Shown: piece after piece, positions 1-16,859 of the stretch
How positions within the stretch are numbered: the stretch's first letter is position 1
How the letters are laid out: each line of letters starts with the position of its first letter
Assembly: GCF_009914755.1 (NCBI RefSeq)
Contig: NC_060937.1
Source: the human T2T-CHM13v2.0 reference genome, Homo sapiens
Reading direction: 5' to 3' (one strand)
Length of the DNA stretch: 64,000 nucleotides
Notes under the pieces: model-generated
The model's input: only the letters and a program-made list of their open reading frames with translations
Told to the model about the DNA's origin: nothing
Database searches by the model: none
Program-made: the position numbers and the translations under genes

Positions 1-1182
1 AGATTAATAAATACACGAATGAAAAAAATCCATGCCACTTTCTCAGTGTGGTAAAGAATTTTCATGACCACTGATGAATACAATACTTTACTTTGATTTA
101 TTGTAGCTAAAAAGAAATTTTTTTAAGAAAAATTGTTTCTGAGAAAGGCAGAGTTGAATTAGTTTGAGAAGAATTTGAGCCTGAGGAAAGAAGCATTATC
201 ACTGCTGCATCCTTGGCAGCCTAGCAGAGAATTCTGGTAACTCTTACACTTAAATTTCCATTCTGGGACTGAGAACCTGCTTTCTTACAGGTTTTGCTTA
301 GGAAGTACAGCACATCTGATGACTTCTGCTTAGAGATTGTCACATCTTGAAAAATATTTCCTTCATATAGAGTGCATAGGACTCTAGACTTTAAAATATC
401 CACGTTTGATATAGACATGTTAATTAACTTTAGCACTGTACTAAGTGACTCTCTAGTGTCCGGAGTACTACATGGAGCACGCATACTTCTGAGTCAAGTG
501 ATTATTAAAGCCAATCAAAGATGCCCATTTATGTAGTATGAGCTGCATTATTTTTCAATTTAAATATGGTGTTGTCATAGAAAAGTCAACATGAACAAAT
601 GTGAGAGGAAAATCAGTGTGATAATTCCAACCTTCGAAATACTGGAAGAGTAGACAGTGTTGCCTTAGACATGATTGGATTCTTTACATCTGTCACTGTC
701 CCCTCTAACTGAGTTCCAGCTTCATGGTCTCAAGAGGCTTGAGTTCATTTTTTTAACAGAAATATCTCTCCCCAAATCACTTACATCACAGGAACATTTA
801 AAAAATAGAAGAGAACACAAAAAAAGCTCCTAAGTGGTAGTTACTGAAGCTACACACAAAAAAGCATAGGGCCTTATTTCCAAATTTACACTAAGTAATT
901 ATCTTACTTCATTTTCTCATTATATGATTTTAAGAAATCCATGATAGAAATGTAATATGAAAATACAACCAAAGTCTTTAATACTAATTCCTATAGTGTT
1001 AAAATACTGTGAGCACGGAAGAAAAAATCAACAAAACTAGGGTAGTAGTATCGTCCTAGAAATTCTTTAAATAATTGAATAAGTAAAAACGTATTGCTAG
1101 GTAAAAACATCTTATATCCAGCCCATTGATGATATTAGGTCCTCAGTAATTGTTGAATTGCAAATTCGTAAGACTACTGTTA

Positions 1183-1492
1183 TTTTTTTTTATTCTTTTT
1201 TTTTTTTTTTTTTGAGCAGAGTATTGCTCTGTCGCCCTGGCTGGAGTCAGTGGTGCAATCTCGGCTCACTGCAAGCTCTGCTTCCCGAGTTCACGCCATT
1301 CTCCTGCCTCAGCCTCCCAAGTAGCTGAGACTACAGGCGCCCGCCACCACGCCCGGCTAATTTTTTGTATTTTTAGTAGAGATGGGGTTTCACCGTGTTA
1401 GCCAGGATGGTCTCGATCTGCTGACTTTGTGATCCGCCCGCCTCGGCCTCCCAAAGTTCTGGGATTACAGGCGTGAGCCACCGCGCCTAGCC
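1183..1492 (-). mobile_element. AluY SINE
   Basis: Poly-T followed by antisense Alu with Y-type motifs (gcaagctc, ttcacgccattctcc, ccgtgttagccaggatggtctcgatc). Confidence 0.93.
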
Positions 1493-1739
1493 TATTGTTT
1501 GTTTGCGGTTTTTTTGTTTGTTTGTTTGTTTGTTTGTTTTTTAAATTCTAAAGCTCTGGTATTTTTTCTGGTTTTGTCAACAGTCACTCGAAGGTTCTTT
1601 TGACCTTTGCCAGGAGAATTTCCTTTACTTCTGTTCTGATTTCGATTCTGTTTCCCTGGTCCTGTGCCTTTCTCTCTCTTTTGGATCACTTTTCACTTTA
1701 GGGTAAGACATATTCCAGAGTTCCCTGAGAGACGGTACT

Positions 1740-2830
1740 TGGCAGGTCAATTTTCTGAGAATTCACATATCTGAAAATGTCTTTATTATACTCATTATTT
1801 TGACTCCCTCCACTCTGCCACCCTCTTTTCCCCACTCCCTCTCCCCACCCTATTTTTACCATCCATCTACCCAAAAACATTTTCCCCCACCTTCGTTTTC
1901 CCACCCTCTTCTCCCCACTGCCTTCTCCCACCTCCCTCTTGCCACCGTCTTTGCCCCAGACTTTCTCCCCATTCCTCCTGGCCACCCTCATTCCCCCCTC
2001 CCACCGACCACTTCTTCTTGCCACCGTTTCTCCCTCTATCTATCCAAAAACGTATCCACTGTCTTCTTCCTGCTCCCTCTTTTCCTCTCTCCAGCTGCCA
2101 CCCTCTTCCCGCCTCACTCCCTTTCCCCACCCTCTTTTCCCCCTCTTTCTACCCAAATGCATTTTTCCCCTCCATCTTCTCCCTGCTCCCTCTCGCCCTC
2201 TTTTCTGCCTCCATCTACCCAAAAACTTTTTTCCCTACTGTCTTTACCTCACTGTCTTTTTCCCACAGGCTATTCCCTCCTCCCATTCTCCACTCTCTTC
2301 CCCACTGCCCTATTTTCCCTCCTTCCCCTCTCTACCCTCTTGCTGACCCTCCCTCTGGCGACCCTCCCTCTCGCCACCCTCTTTTCCCCCCTCCAACTAC
2401 CCAAAAACCTTTTTCCCACCCTCTTTTCCCCTACCCCTCTTGCCACCTTCTTTTCCTCCCTCTGGCTCGCCACCTTATTTTTCTCCTCCAATAAATGAAA
2501 AACTTTTCCCCCAAGTCATTTCCCCCAACATCTTTTCCCCACTCACGCCACCGCCTCTTCCGCCTCCATCTACCCAAAAGCTCTTTTCCCCACTGCCTTC
2601 TCCCTCAGTCCTGCTCACCGCCCTCTCCTCCCCGCTCCCGCTTGCCACCCTCTCCTACTGTACTTATTCTTGATTTATGGCTGGCTAGGTATAAAATTCT
2701 AAATATTCTCAGCCTTCCAAAGGTTTCACTCAATTGTCTTTTAGGTATCTGCACTGCTATTGAGAAATCCACAGCCATTCTGGCAATTCACTCTTCAGGT
2801 GATCTGTTTTTCTACTTGTTGACACTTTTA
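1740..2830 (-). mobile_element. Ancient L1M/HAL1 fragment, split by the pyrimidine-rich block at 1804-2660
   Basis: 'tctgaaaatgtctttatt...ttga' on the left continues as 'ttcttga...ggctaggtataaaattct...ctgctattgagaaatc' on the right, resembling antisense old L1. Confidence 0.55.
1804..2660. repeat. C/T-rich composite low-complexity or satellite-like block
   Basis: Strong C/T skew. Recurring motif ccatctacccaaaaac or variants near 1863, 2036, 2145, 2211, 2393 and 2566, plus repeated (c/t)gccaccctc(t)ttt. Confidence 0.85.
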
Positions 2831-2851
2831 GATTTTTTAGACTGCCTCTAA

Positions 2852-3568
<717 letters not shown>

Positions 3569-3687
3569 TGATATCTTTAGACTAGGATTTTCTTCTTCTC
3601 ACCTGTTACCTTAAGAGCCTGCTGAACTCCTATTACTTTTTTAGACCCAGCTGAAATGTCATCTTTTCTGTGACTCTTCATTCATAT

Positions 3688-4093
3688 TGATATGGCTTGG
3701 AGATCTGTCCCCTCCAATCTCATGTTGAAATGTGATCCCTAGAAATGAAGGTGGGGCGGTGTTTGGGTCATGGGGCAGACTCCTCATGAGTGGCTTGGTG
3801 CCCTACTATGGTAATGAGAGAGCTCTCACTCCCTTAGTGACACATGAGCTGATTGTTTAAACGAGCCTGGGACCTTCTTCCCTGTCTCTTGCTACCTCTC
3901 TCACCATGTGATGCACTGCTTCCCCCTTCACCTTCCAGCATGATTAGAAGCTTCCTGAGCCCTCACCAGCAGCAGATGCTGGTGCCATGCTTCCTGTACA
4001 GCCTGCAGAACCATAAGCCAAAATAAACCTCTTTTCTTTATAAATTACCCGGTCTCAGGTATTTCTTTAAAACAATGCAAACAGACAAACACA
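3688..4093 (+). mobile_element. MaLR solo LTR (MSTB-like)
   Basis: Starts tgatatggcttgg and ends ...acagacaaacaca. Contains MST core (catgattagaagcttcctgag, aataaacctcttttctttataaattaccc). 5-bp TSD catat at 3683-3687 and 4094-4098. Confidence 0.9.
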
Positions 4094-4112
4094 CATATAT
4101 TCAAGATTATGG

Positions 4113-4416
4113 TTTTGTGTTTTTTTGTTTTTTGTTTTAGATGGAGTCTTGCTCTGTCACCCAGGCTGGAGTGCAGTGGTGCAATCTCGGCTCACCGCAA
4201 CCTCTGCCTCCCAGGTTCAAGCAATTCTCTGCCTCAGCCTCCCGTGTAGCTGGGATTACAGGCCCCTGCCACCATACCTGGCTAATTTTTGTATTTTTAG
4301 TAGAGACGAAGTTTCACCATCTTGGCCAGGCTGGTCTTGAACTCCTGACCTCATGATCCACCCACCTCAGCCTCCCAAAGTGCTGGGATTATAGGTGTGA
4401 GCCACAGTGCCTGGCC
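4113..4416 (-). mobile_element. AluS SINE with TSD
   Basis: Antisense Alu. TSD tcaagattatg at 4101 and 4417. Confidence 0.92.
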
Positions 4417-4829
4417 TCAAGATTATGTTTTAAGTATCAGGTACTTGAACCCATTCCTAGTCAGAATTATCAAAATCTTCTTTTATTCTCATGTAGTATG
4501 CTTTTATGAGTCGATTAAAACACTCTTTGTTTTGTATTATAATTGTGTTTTTACATGCCTCTCTTCATCCCTTGACTTTGAGCTTATCCTTTAAAGCCTC
4601 AATGTAACTGCTAGGTAATTTATGCTCATTAGTTGCCTGGTAAACATTTGTGCAATGTAATGACCTACACGTTCTTTAAATTGTTTTTCAGCTCAAAAAT
4701 AAATTGTATTGTTTAAATTGTACATGTTGTAAACCAAACCTATCCTCTTTCTTCCCAAATCCGTTTCTCCTATTGTTAATGGCATTCACAGTCTTACTTA
4801 CTCAGGGCTCAAAATTAAATGTACCTGCA

Positions 4830-4990
4830 TGTGGTGTGGCTAAGAGAATAGAATTTGAGTCAGACAGATAAGAACTTGAAGCCTAGCTCTTCCACTTGAC
4901 TCAATATAGGATTTGGGCACATTATTAATCTCTTTAAGACTCAGTTTTTTCATCTGCAAGAAGGAGATTAAAATATATGCAGCCCAAGGT
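4830..4990 (+). mobile_element. MIR fragment
   Basis: MIR core-like 'ttgggcacattattaatctctttaagactcagtttttt catctgcaa'. Confidence 0.65.
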
Positions 4991-6059
4991 TTTTGTGGAC
5001 CTTAAATAAATCTTGTGTTTTGAATGTGTAGTTGACACTTTACAAATGTTTCCTCTTATCTCCTACTGCACTCATTCTAACATTCCTGGTAGCACGGTCA
5101 CAGCAAACTTTTTAGAAAGAGTAATTTTCTCTCTAACTTTTATTGATTTGCAATTAAGCTACCTGATGCCCTTTATCCCCAACACATGACATGCCTGGAA
5201 AATTCAATGTGAGCTAATTCCTATTGGAGACATATAGTCTCTATTTAATACACAAGTACAATATGTTGAACTACACTTTATAGCTTAAATTAGTTTGTAA
5301 TTAAGTGATAATATTTAATTGGATATGGCCCTTTTTAAAAACCATATGTTTTATCTATAGAGAAATATGTATCTGGTTTATATTTTTAGATGTTTTGGAA
5401 AAACTCCAATATGCTCTTGCCTACTGTATTTTAAATGCATTTAAACATGTTTTACTGCTTTTGACTCTCAATATATTAGCCAATGATATTATCAATAAAC
5501 TTTTTTAAACAAACTTTTTTTACTTTTCATTTTAAATCAGAAGTCTGCAGACAGCTGATAATCTAGCATCTGTGCCTTCTGTCTTTATGTCCAACACAAA
5601 CTCACTTTCATACTCCACATCATGTTCTTTAAATTTATTTGGATCCTAAATGGATATTTTCCTGTGACAGCTCTTCTGTTCTGGTCTGCAATAATATTTT
5701 AATTTTCAGTGTTAATTAATTGTGTTATTTTGTGTTTTTAAAACTAGATTATAAGTGCTATGTATGAAATAAAATTTTTTTATTGTTTTCATTTTCATAC
5801 AATAAAATATGGTATAATTCTGCCCATTCCAGATGTTTCATTATTTTCTTATAACTCTATCAATGTAGTATAAATCACAATTTAAAAAGCTGATCAAATC
5901 AACATGTGCTTTGTCCCATACACCAACTGAACAAATATTTCTTGATTTCAAATGATGAACATGCTGATTTTAGAGTAATACTGTTTATTTCCTTTGAAAA
6001 AAAGTTAATGAGTGAAATATACATATAATATTCTCTAAGTGTCTAAACCCTGAGTAGAT

Positions 6060-6235
6060 ATATTTATATTAAATATATAAAGTATATATAAATATATATA
6101 CTTTATAAAATATATTTTTATATTTAATATAAAATATTTTATATTTATATGATATTTATCTATTTAATATGAAATATAGCTATAGACTTTATAATATAAA
6201 ATATAAAGTATATATATAAATATATATATACTTAA
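6060..6235. repeat. AT-rich low-complexity tract with two perfect hairpins
   Basis: Arms 6076-6090/6093-6107 (15 bp) and 6206-6218/6221-6233 (13 bp), each with an AA loop. Confidence 0.85.
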
Positions 6236-6285
6236 AGCACCTGATATGCTTCTATGCCCTAAAAATGCCATACTTTTACAAATAC

Positions 6286-7469
6286 CAGTCATGCACCTCA
6301 TAACAATATTTCAGTCAACAGTGCAGGTCTCATAAGATCATAATGAAGATAAAACATTCCTATCACCTAGTGACAATGAAGGATTCATAGTGTTGTAGTG
6401 CAACATGCATCACTCATGTGTGCATGATGATGTAGTGTGAACAAAGCTATATACAGTTTTGTGCAGAACAGAATACGATAGCAATAGTAAATGGTTATGT
6501 TGTTGGTTTATCAGTTGACTACACTGTACTTTTAATCATTATTTTAGAGTGTAATCCTCATACTTATTTTAAAAAAGAGTTCACTGTAAAACAGTCTCAG
6601 GTCCTTCAGGAGGAATTCCAGAAGAAGGCATTGTTATTACAGGAGATGATGGCTCCGTGTGTGTTGTTGCCCCTGAAGACCTTCCAGTGGGTCAAGATAT
6701 GGAGGTGGAAGATGGTGATGTTGATGAGCCTGACCCTGTGTAGGCTTAGGCAAATGTATGTGTCTGATTTTTACTTTCTAATGAAAAATTTTAAAAGTAA
6801 AAAATTAAGAAAACATTTTTAAAATAGAAAAAAGCTTATAAAATAAGGATATAAAGAAAGAAAATGTCTTTACAGCTGTACAATGTATTTGTATTTTAAG
6901 CTGTCAGCACAAAAGAGTAAAAAAGTTAAAAAAATTCAAAGTTCATAAAGTAAAAAAGTTACAGTAAGCTAAGGTTAATTTATTATTGAAGAAAGAAAAA
7001 ATTAAAGTTTGGCATCGTTTCAGTGTATGGTGTTTCTAAAATCTACAGTAGTGTCCAGTAATATCCTAGGCCTTCATATTCACTTACTACTCACTCACTG
7101 ACTCACCCAGAGCAACTCCCAGCCACGCAAGGTCTGTTCACTGTAAGTGCCCTGTACAGGTGTACCATTTTTAATCTTTTATGCATATTTTTACGTACCT
7201 TCACTATGATCAGATACGTTTAGATACACACATGCTTACCATTGTGTTACAGTTTCCTACGGTATTCAGTAATTTGTATACAGTATACAGTAATGTGCTG
7301 TACAGGTTTGTAGCCTAGGAGCAATAGGCTATACCATATAGCCTAGGTGTGTAGGAAGCTATACCATCCAGGTTTGTGTGAGTACCCTTTATGATTTTCC
7401 CACAATAAAAACATCACTTAACAATTCGTTTCTCAGAATGTACTCCCATCATCAAGGGACACTTGACTG
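6286..7469 (+). mobile_element. Tigger3b-like non-autonomous DNA transposon (TcMar-Tigger), near full length
   Basis: Termini cagtcatgcacctcataac... and ...catcatcaagggacacttgactg form degenerate terminal inverted repeats. Internal 'ggtccttcaggaggaattccagaagaaggcattgtt' and 'gtttgtagcctaggagcaataggctataccata' are Tigger3 hallmarks. Length about 1.18 kb. Confidence 0.85.
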
Positions 7470-9299
7470 CATCTGTATAGCAACTGAGGTTGTAACACGG
7501 ACAACATGTCCCATAATTCACCTTCTTTGGGAAACATTACCTCTCATTGAAAAATCATTATGGCTATTATTTAGTTTTGCAACTCCTTAACAACTAGGAA
7601 GCTAATAAGACTGGGTACAAGAATTTCAAATAGAAATACTAAAGCAAATAGTTAAGTTTCACAGGAAATATATCAGACTTAACGTGGTAATAAGCATTAT
7701 AAAAAATAAAATCTCACACAGAGCAACCATCAAAATAATAAAACCTTTAGGAGTCAATCTTTGTCCACCAGCTCCACCATATGGCATTATGAGAATTTAC
7801 ACCTTATATTCAAGGGAAAAAAACTTCCCAAATATTAAAAAAACACTAAAAGTTCCATGGCAAAAAATAATTTAAAGTGATAAGAAACACGTAACACTTT
7901 ATCAATAATGAGTGTGCATTTCTTTACCTCATTTATGTTTCAGAGTTTCTAAGAATATGGTATTTTTTCCACGGGAAAGCATATATTAAGGTAAGCTAAC
8001 CTTTCATTTTAAACCTAAACACATTCAGAATGCTTTGCAATCTTATTTTGCCTTACAATGTTATTTTTCCAATGTTGAATTGGAGTTCATGGTTCTCTTT
8101 GTTTTATCCAATAAAATGTTATCCAATAATATTTATGCAATAGTCTAGATATCTACTATATTTTATGTAATAGTTCATATGTCCATGCAAATTGAATCAT
8201 TTCAAAAATATAGAATGATGTATGAAAAATTATGGCTAACACTTAGAAATCTACGAAGCCTCTATAAAATTAAACAGTTTCCTCACTTTAACTTTCTACT
8301 TTCCTTTCCTACCCACAACTTTGGTCAGTTTCTTAAATTGGAGCATACAAGTATATTAAAAAAAAAAAAAATTCCACAAAGCTATTGTTGTGAATAGCAA
8401 AACCCAAAGCTAACCAGCGTGAGCATAAGAAGGAGAGGCTTTGTGAGGAATTTATGCACAACTGGAGGAGGAGTTGAATAACAAAGCTGGGAAGGGGAGT
8501 GGTAGGCCTGTGTTCTCGGGTACCTGGTTTCCGTGCTGCAGTCCAGATGTGAGTCCTAGGGTCTTCTGGGTCAATCAGGTGTCATCTGTAGAAGCTGTAG
8601 TTGGACTTGCTTAAACTCAGGGGCCAGGGCAGTGTTAGTCACATACGTTCACCAACATCAAAGACAATGTGCAAACTACTAAGTGTCAACTACATCTAGT
8701 TGGTGTAGATCTAGACAAAGCAAAAGACAGGTCTAGAAGGTAGTGGTGCTAGTTGTGGTAGAGTATCACTTTCAATCCTAGCTGTAAAGATTCGTTACTA
8801 AAGTGATCCAAATGTAAATTGTGTTATTAACCAGATAATTGAACATTTCTAGCCCCACAGATTTAGGTCAAACATGATATTTATCGATTTTAGATGCAAA
8901 TTGTGTACTGTAAGGACAATTATAAATTTCTCAATATGAATGTGGTCTTCTTTCTTGCGGAAGTAACTAGCTAAACTAAATGAAGGCATAGATCATAAAG
9001 CACGTCACCTCCCACTAGGTGTTAAAGTAGATGAGAAGAAATCTGAGAATATTTCGGATGAAAAGACTTTTTTACAGCAGGAAATAAAGGTATTAGCTGT
9101 TGCCATGAGTAAGTCGGTGGGTAACAGTGGATCACTATGGCCATGAGAGTAAAATCATTTGCAGACAGAGGACCAATATACATCTGTGGGAAGTGGTAAA
9201 TTCCAAGGATGTACAGGTAATACATTGGCATGTGTGCCCTTCTTAAGTCTTTTTTATATCCTGACATCAATTTCTCAGTAACAAAGTAATTAGACCTAT

Positions 9300-9470
9300 C
9301 CTTTATTGAGCATTAATTCCATGTCAGTCCTGTATCTGCTTTACATGCAGTTACATATTTAAGGTTCACAACAACCCTGTGAGGTATTATTATTGTATCT
9401 TTTTCTTACAGACTAGGAAACCAAGACATGGAAGAGTTAAGTTATCTACTCAAGATCACACATCTAAGAA
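9300..9470 (-). mobile_element. MIR fragment
   Basis: 'acaaccctgtgaggtattattatt...ttacagactaggaaacc...gttaag...caagatcacacatcta'. Confidence 0.7.
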
Positions 9471-9480
9471 TGATTTAATC

Positions 9481-12185
<2,705 letters not shown>

Positions 12186-12489
12186 AAGCACATATAAGGT
12201 TTATCCTGAGAGATAAATTTTGCTTTCCCCAAACTTACCTAAAAATATAAACAGTGTAGAGAATCAATTGCAGTATAATTCAAATTGAAGAGGTAAGTTC
12301 TAAATACATACTCCATGCCTTGTTCTGTGTCAAGTACTAGATATATGAAGATAAATATTTCTGACATGCAAGAATGTCAATCTACTATAGAACTGATAGC
12401 ACTTGTTACAGAATCTAGACTAAAGAATTACACAGAGACACTGTTTATTGTTTGGACAATTAATTTTGTCATAGTAAAAGCAATCCTAC

Positions 12490-12660
12490 ATTGAGCACCT
12501 ATTATAAGTCAGTTAGTTTTCCTATGTTATCTCATCTTTCCAACAATACTGTCAGATTGAGATGATCATTCCCGCTTTACAGGTGTGGAAAGTGGGACTT
12601 CAACAGTTAGTTAGCAAGTCTCAAGTCCCAAATTAGGTTGTGGTGGAGCTGGCTTTCCAA
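12490..12660 (-). mobile_element. MIR fragment
   Basis: 'ttgagcacctatt...catt cccgctttacaggtgtggaaagtgg'. Confidence 0.6.
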
Positions 12661-12676
12661 CCCATTTTTTTGTTAG

Positions 12677-13004
<328 letters not shown>

Positions 13005-13471
13005 AGTTTTGGTTTAATTTTAACACTTATGCCTTTCTCATGACACCAAATGACATCCCTAGAAAATTAATTAAATTTCACCTGCTTAGTCTCACCTCCC
13101 CAAATACACAGTGAGCTATAGATTACTGTCACATTCCCATGAAATGCATCCTCACAGGGAGGGCAATTATCACTGGGTACCATGGCTGACTCATCTGCAA
13201 TATTTTGGGGTGGACAACCTTTACATCACCCAAATCACAGCACAGAGAGGTTACTTGCTCTGAAAATGCTTGGCTATCTTGCTAAAGATTTGTCTAAGCA
13301 GTCAGTAATAATCTCTGCGGAATTACAAAGCAATTTCTTCTGATGTTTCCATCAGAGACTTCTCTCTGTCAACATTCTACGCCATTAAATCACAAGCAAG
13401 GATAATGGTACCAGATTTCACTTTGGTTGTAAGTAGAATAATAAATGGTCTCCTTAAATGGGTGAGAACTA

Positions 13472-13478
13472 TGTGTGT

Positions 13479-13530
<52 letters not shown>
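13472..13530. repeat. (GT)n microsatellite
   Basis: Perfect (GT)25 at 13481-13530. Confidence 0.97.
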
Positions 13531-13532
<2 letters not shown>

Positions 13533-14865
13533 CAAAGAAATCTTTCAGTGTGTTTATTCTTTGAAAAGAATTCTTGGTACTTCTTGCCAAGGCTTTGGGG
13601 TTTCTATCTTGAACAAAAGTAACTTGACTTTCACACGGGTTTGCAGGAGGTCTGAGCACTTAATTACAGTCCATTATCCGCTTTCATTATCTTTCCTCCT
13701 GCCTGAATGAGCTCAACAATTTCCAGACATTACTACTTTCATACAATTTTTCATTTTCTCTAATGTCATCATTTTATCACCAAGTTTTTGATTTTTACAG
13801 TTCATCTAAGTTTTATACTTTCAGAGAGGCACTTCATTGTAAAAGCACCTTAATTTTTTTCCAGCTTAAAATTTAACTCTTGCTTTACCTTATATTTCCT
13901 TTTCATCAAAGTATTTGATTTCTTTTAAAAACATATTAAAATATAATTCCTTGAAACTAATTAGAAAATGTCTCCTTGTACCCAACCTAATTTGGATATA
14001 CTAAAAATGTGAACATTGTGCTAACTCATTTTCCTCTTTTTGGACAATAATAAATATTCCATAGGAGAAAATGTTGTATAGATATCAAAGAGGTGTCTAT
14101 AAATACTCTTCCCAGACACTAACATCGACTCCTGTCTAGACAGATTCATTTTAAACTAGTTTTGAAGCCATCTAACTCTACTAATATGCATTCCTTCCAG
14201 AGTCCTCCAACCTATTATAAAATCATTCAACTCAGTGATTCTCCAGGAAGGTGACCTTAACCCACCAGAGTCTTGATATCTACTCGGGTTGTTATCTTAT
14301 CTGAGAATTACACTTAAATTTGGTTGAGATGACCTTTTTTAAACAAAGTTGATTGGCTTATACTTAGTATGTTATGGTATTCAGGCACTAATTCACCATT
14401 TCCCCTAGAATGTTTTGAAGTATTTGCCCTGATATGTTAAGCAGCATTGTATTTTTATTTAAAGAGGATTCTAGCATCCCTTCCTTGCCAATTCTTCAGA
14501 ATAACAGGTTATTAATATTTGGAGATAGTGTGTTCCCATAGAGGGATGCCAAAAATGTTAATAGAGAACTATGAAAATATGCATACGTAGGTGTGTGTAC
14601 ACACACAAGTGTAAAAAAAGAGGAATAAAGAAAGAACATGAGACTACAACTCACTACAACACAAGCTATACATTTCAAATAGCAGACTACAACAATACAC
14701 TAACACTGTGCACAACAAAGAAAGTAAAATTTATGGGAAGTTCCCCCTTACATTTGCAAATGATTGTTGCGATATTAAAGAAAACTTTTAAGCTGCAGAA
14801 AGCAAATTATACTGCATTTCAAATTGTAATATTTAATTGCTGAAACATTTGAGCCTCAGAGATAA

Positions 14866-15273
<408 letters not shown>

Positions 15274-16558
15274 AGAATATATACCTTTTTATTTTAATTA
15301 TTTGTGGATCATGCTGTGTGCCTCACACACAACACATGCACTGTCCCCTCCCCAGGTTTCACACATCATTGTTGCTGCTACTGGCTTCTGTCATATTCTC
15401 TCAGGACAAAGCATAGCAGAAACTCATAAAGGTGGTTTCCAAGAGCTGACTTAAACACAAAATTCAAGGAACAAACAATTACCCACCAGACTTATTTTAT
15501 TATTTTACTTTCAAGAAACACAGACACTTCTTAGAACTTTATAACATATTGCCTGCATCACAATTTACATGCATTTAGGCAAAACTGACAACATATTTGT
15601 TCATCTGCGCTAAAATGTTTTCTTCAAACTCTTCTGAATCCTCCTAATCAGCCTAGTCAAGGCCTGTCTAGAATACACTGCAAAGCAGCTGGTGTCTGCA
15701 GCATCTTTTTATCTGCCCCACACCCTGCTTTTAGAAGCAAGCTTTACTTTCCCTTCACCAGTCCAATTTCCATAGCAGGCTCCTCCAGATGTACTTCTGG
15801 CTCACTCCTGACCCATCCTGGCCCAGGCAATTCACTGATTCTGTTTAATCCACCAAGGTCTTGTGCAATAATTCGACAAAATCAGATAAACAGTGTTACA
15901 ATCAGAAATGAACAGTCCCAATGCCCGAATTTCTTCTCTTTCTGAGATATCTCCAGATTTCTTTCCCCTCTCAACATTATTTCTTTGTTTTCTTGTTTCT
16001 TTGTTTTGTCTTGATTTGTTTTGTTTACTAAATCTATCCTAGATGAAATGTGATTTTTCACATTTTGTGAATGTCATCAAAGCTAACTATGTACACTTAC
16101 CCTCCCCTAATTTGGATATAATTTAAAATGAAATCTGACTAAATTGGGTTAAGCTTGGAAAAAATAAAAAATCATTAAAATTATTAAAGAATTATAGTCA
16201 ACATATTAGTATCCAGAGATAGCAACTATTACATTTGGAATAGTAATTTTGTGATTTTTCTCTATTTATTCATACCTACATAAGCATGTAGGTAGTTTAT
16301 GATATATTGTTTAACCATAAAATTGATAATTTTCACAATTAATGGAATAGATAATTATGCATGATAAAATAAAGAGAAAAGGATAGAAACTGTATTTGAT
16401 AAGATGCCAATTATCTATACATATGTCATAACTATATAAATGTCTGTATATTTCTGTTGTGCACAGAAAATTGCATATATATGTATAATGTACAAAAGTT
16501 TTATCTGAGTGCTTTACATATTATATCATGAGCGTTTTCCTAATTCATCAAGCAGTTC

Positions 16559-16850
<292 letters not shown>

Positions 16851-16859
16851 AAGTAGTTC

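Noticed and set aside
1863-2580. CRISPR-like array of ccatctacccaaaaac motifs
   Set aside because: Spacing is irregular, the intervening sequences are themselves repetitive, the DNA is primate, and there are no cas genes.
1698-2851. Stack of long ORFs (up to 232 aa; Pro/Leu/Ser/Phe-rich or Gly/Arg/Glu-rich)
   Set aside because: By-product of the C/T skew, which removes stop codons. Open in many frames at once with no recognisable protein.
8395-8700. Possible very old LTR remnant
   Set aside because: Similarity too weak to name a family or set boundaries by eye.
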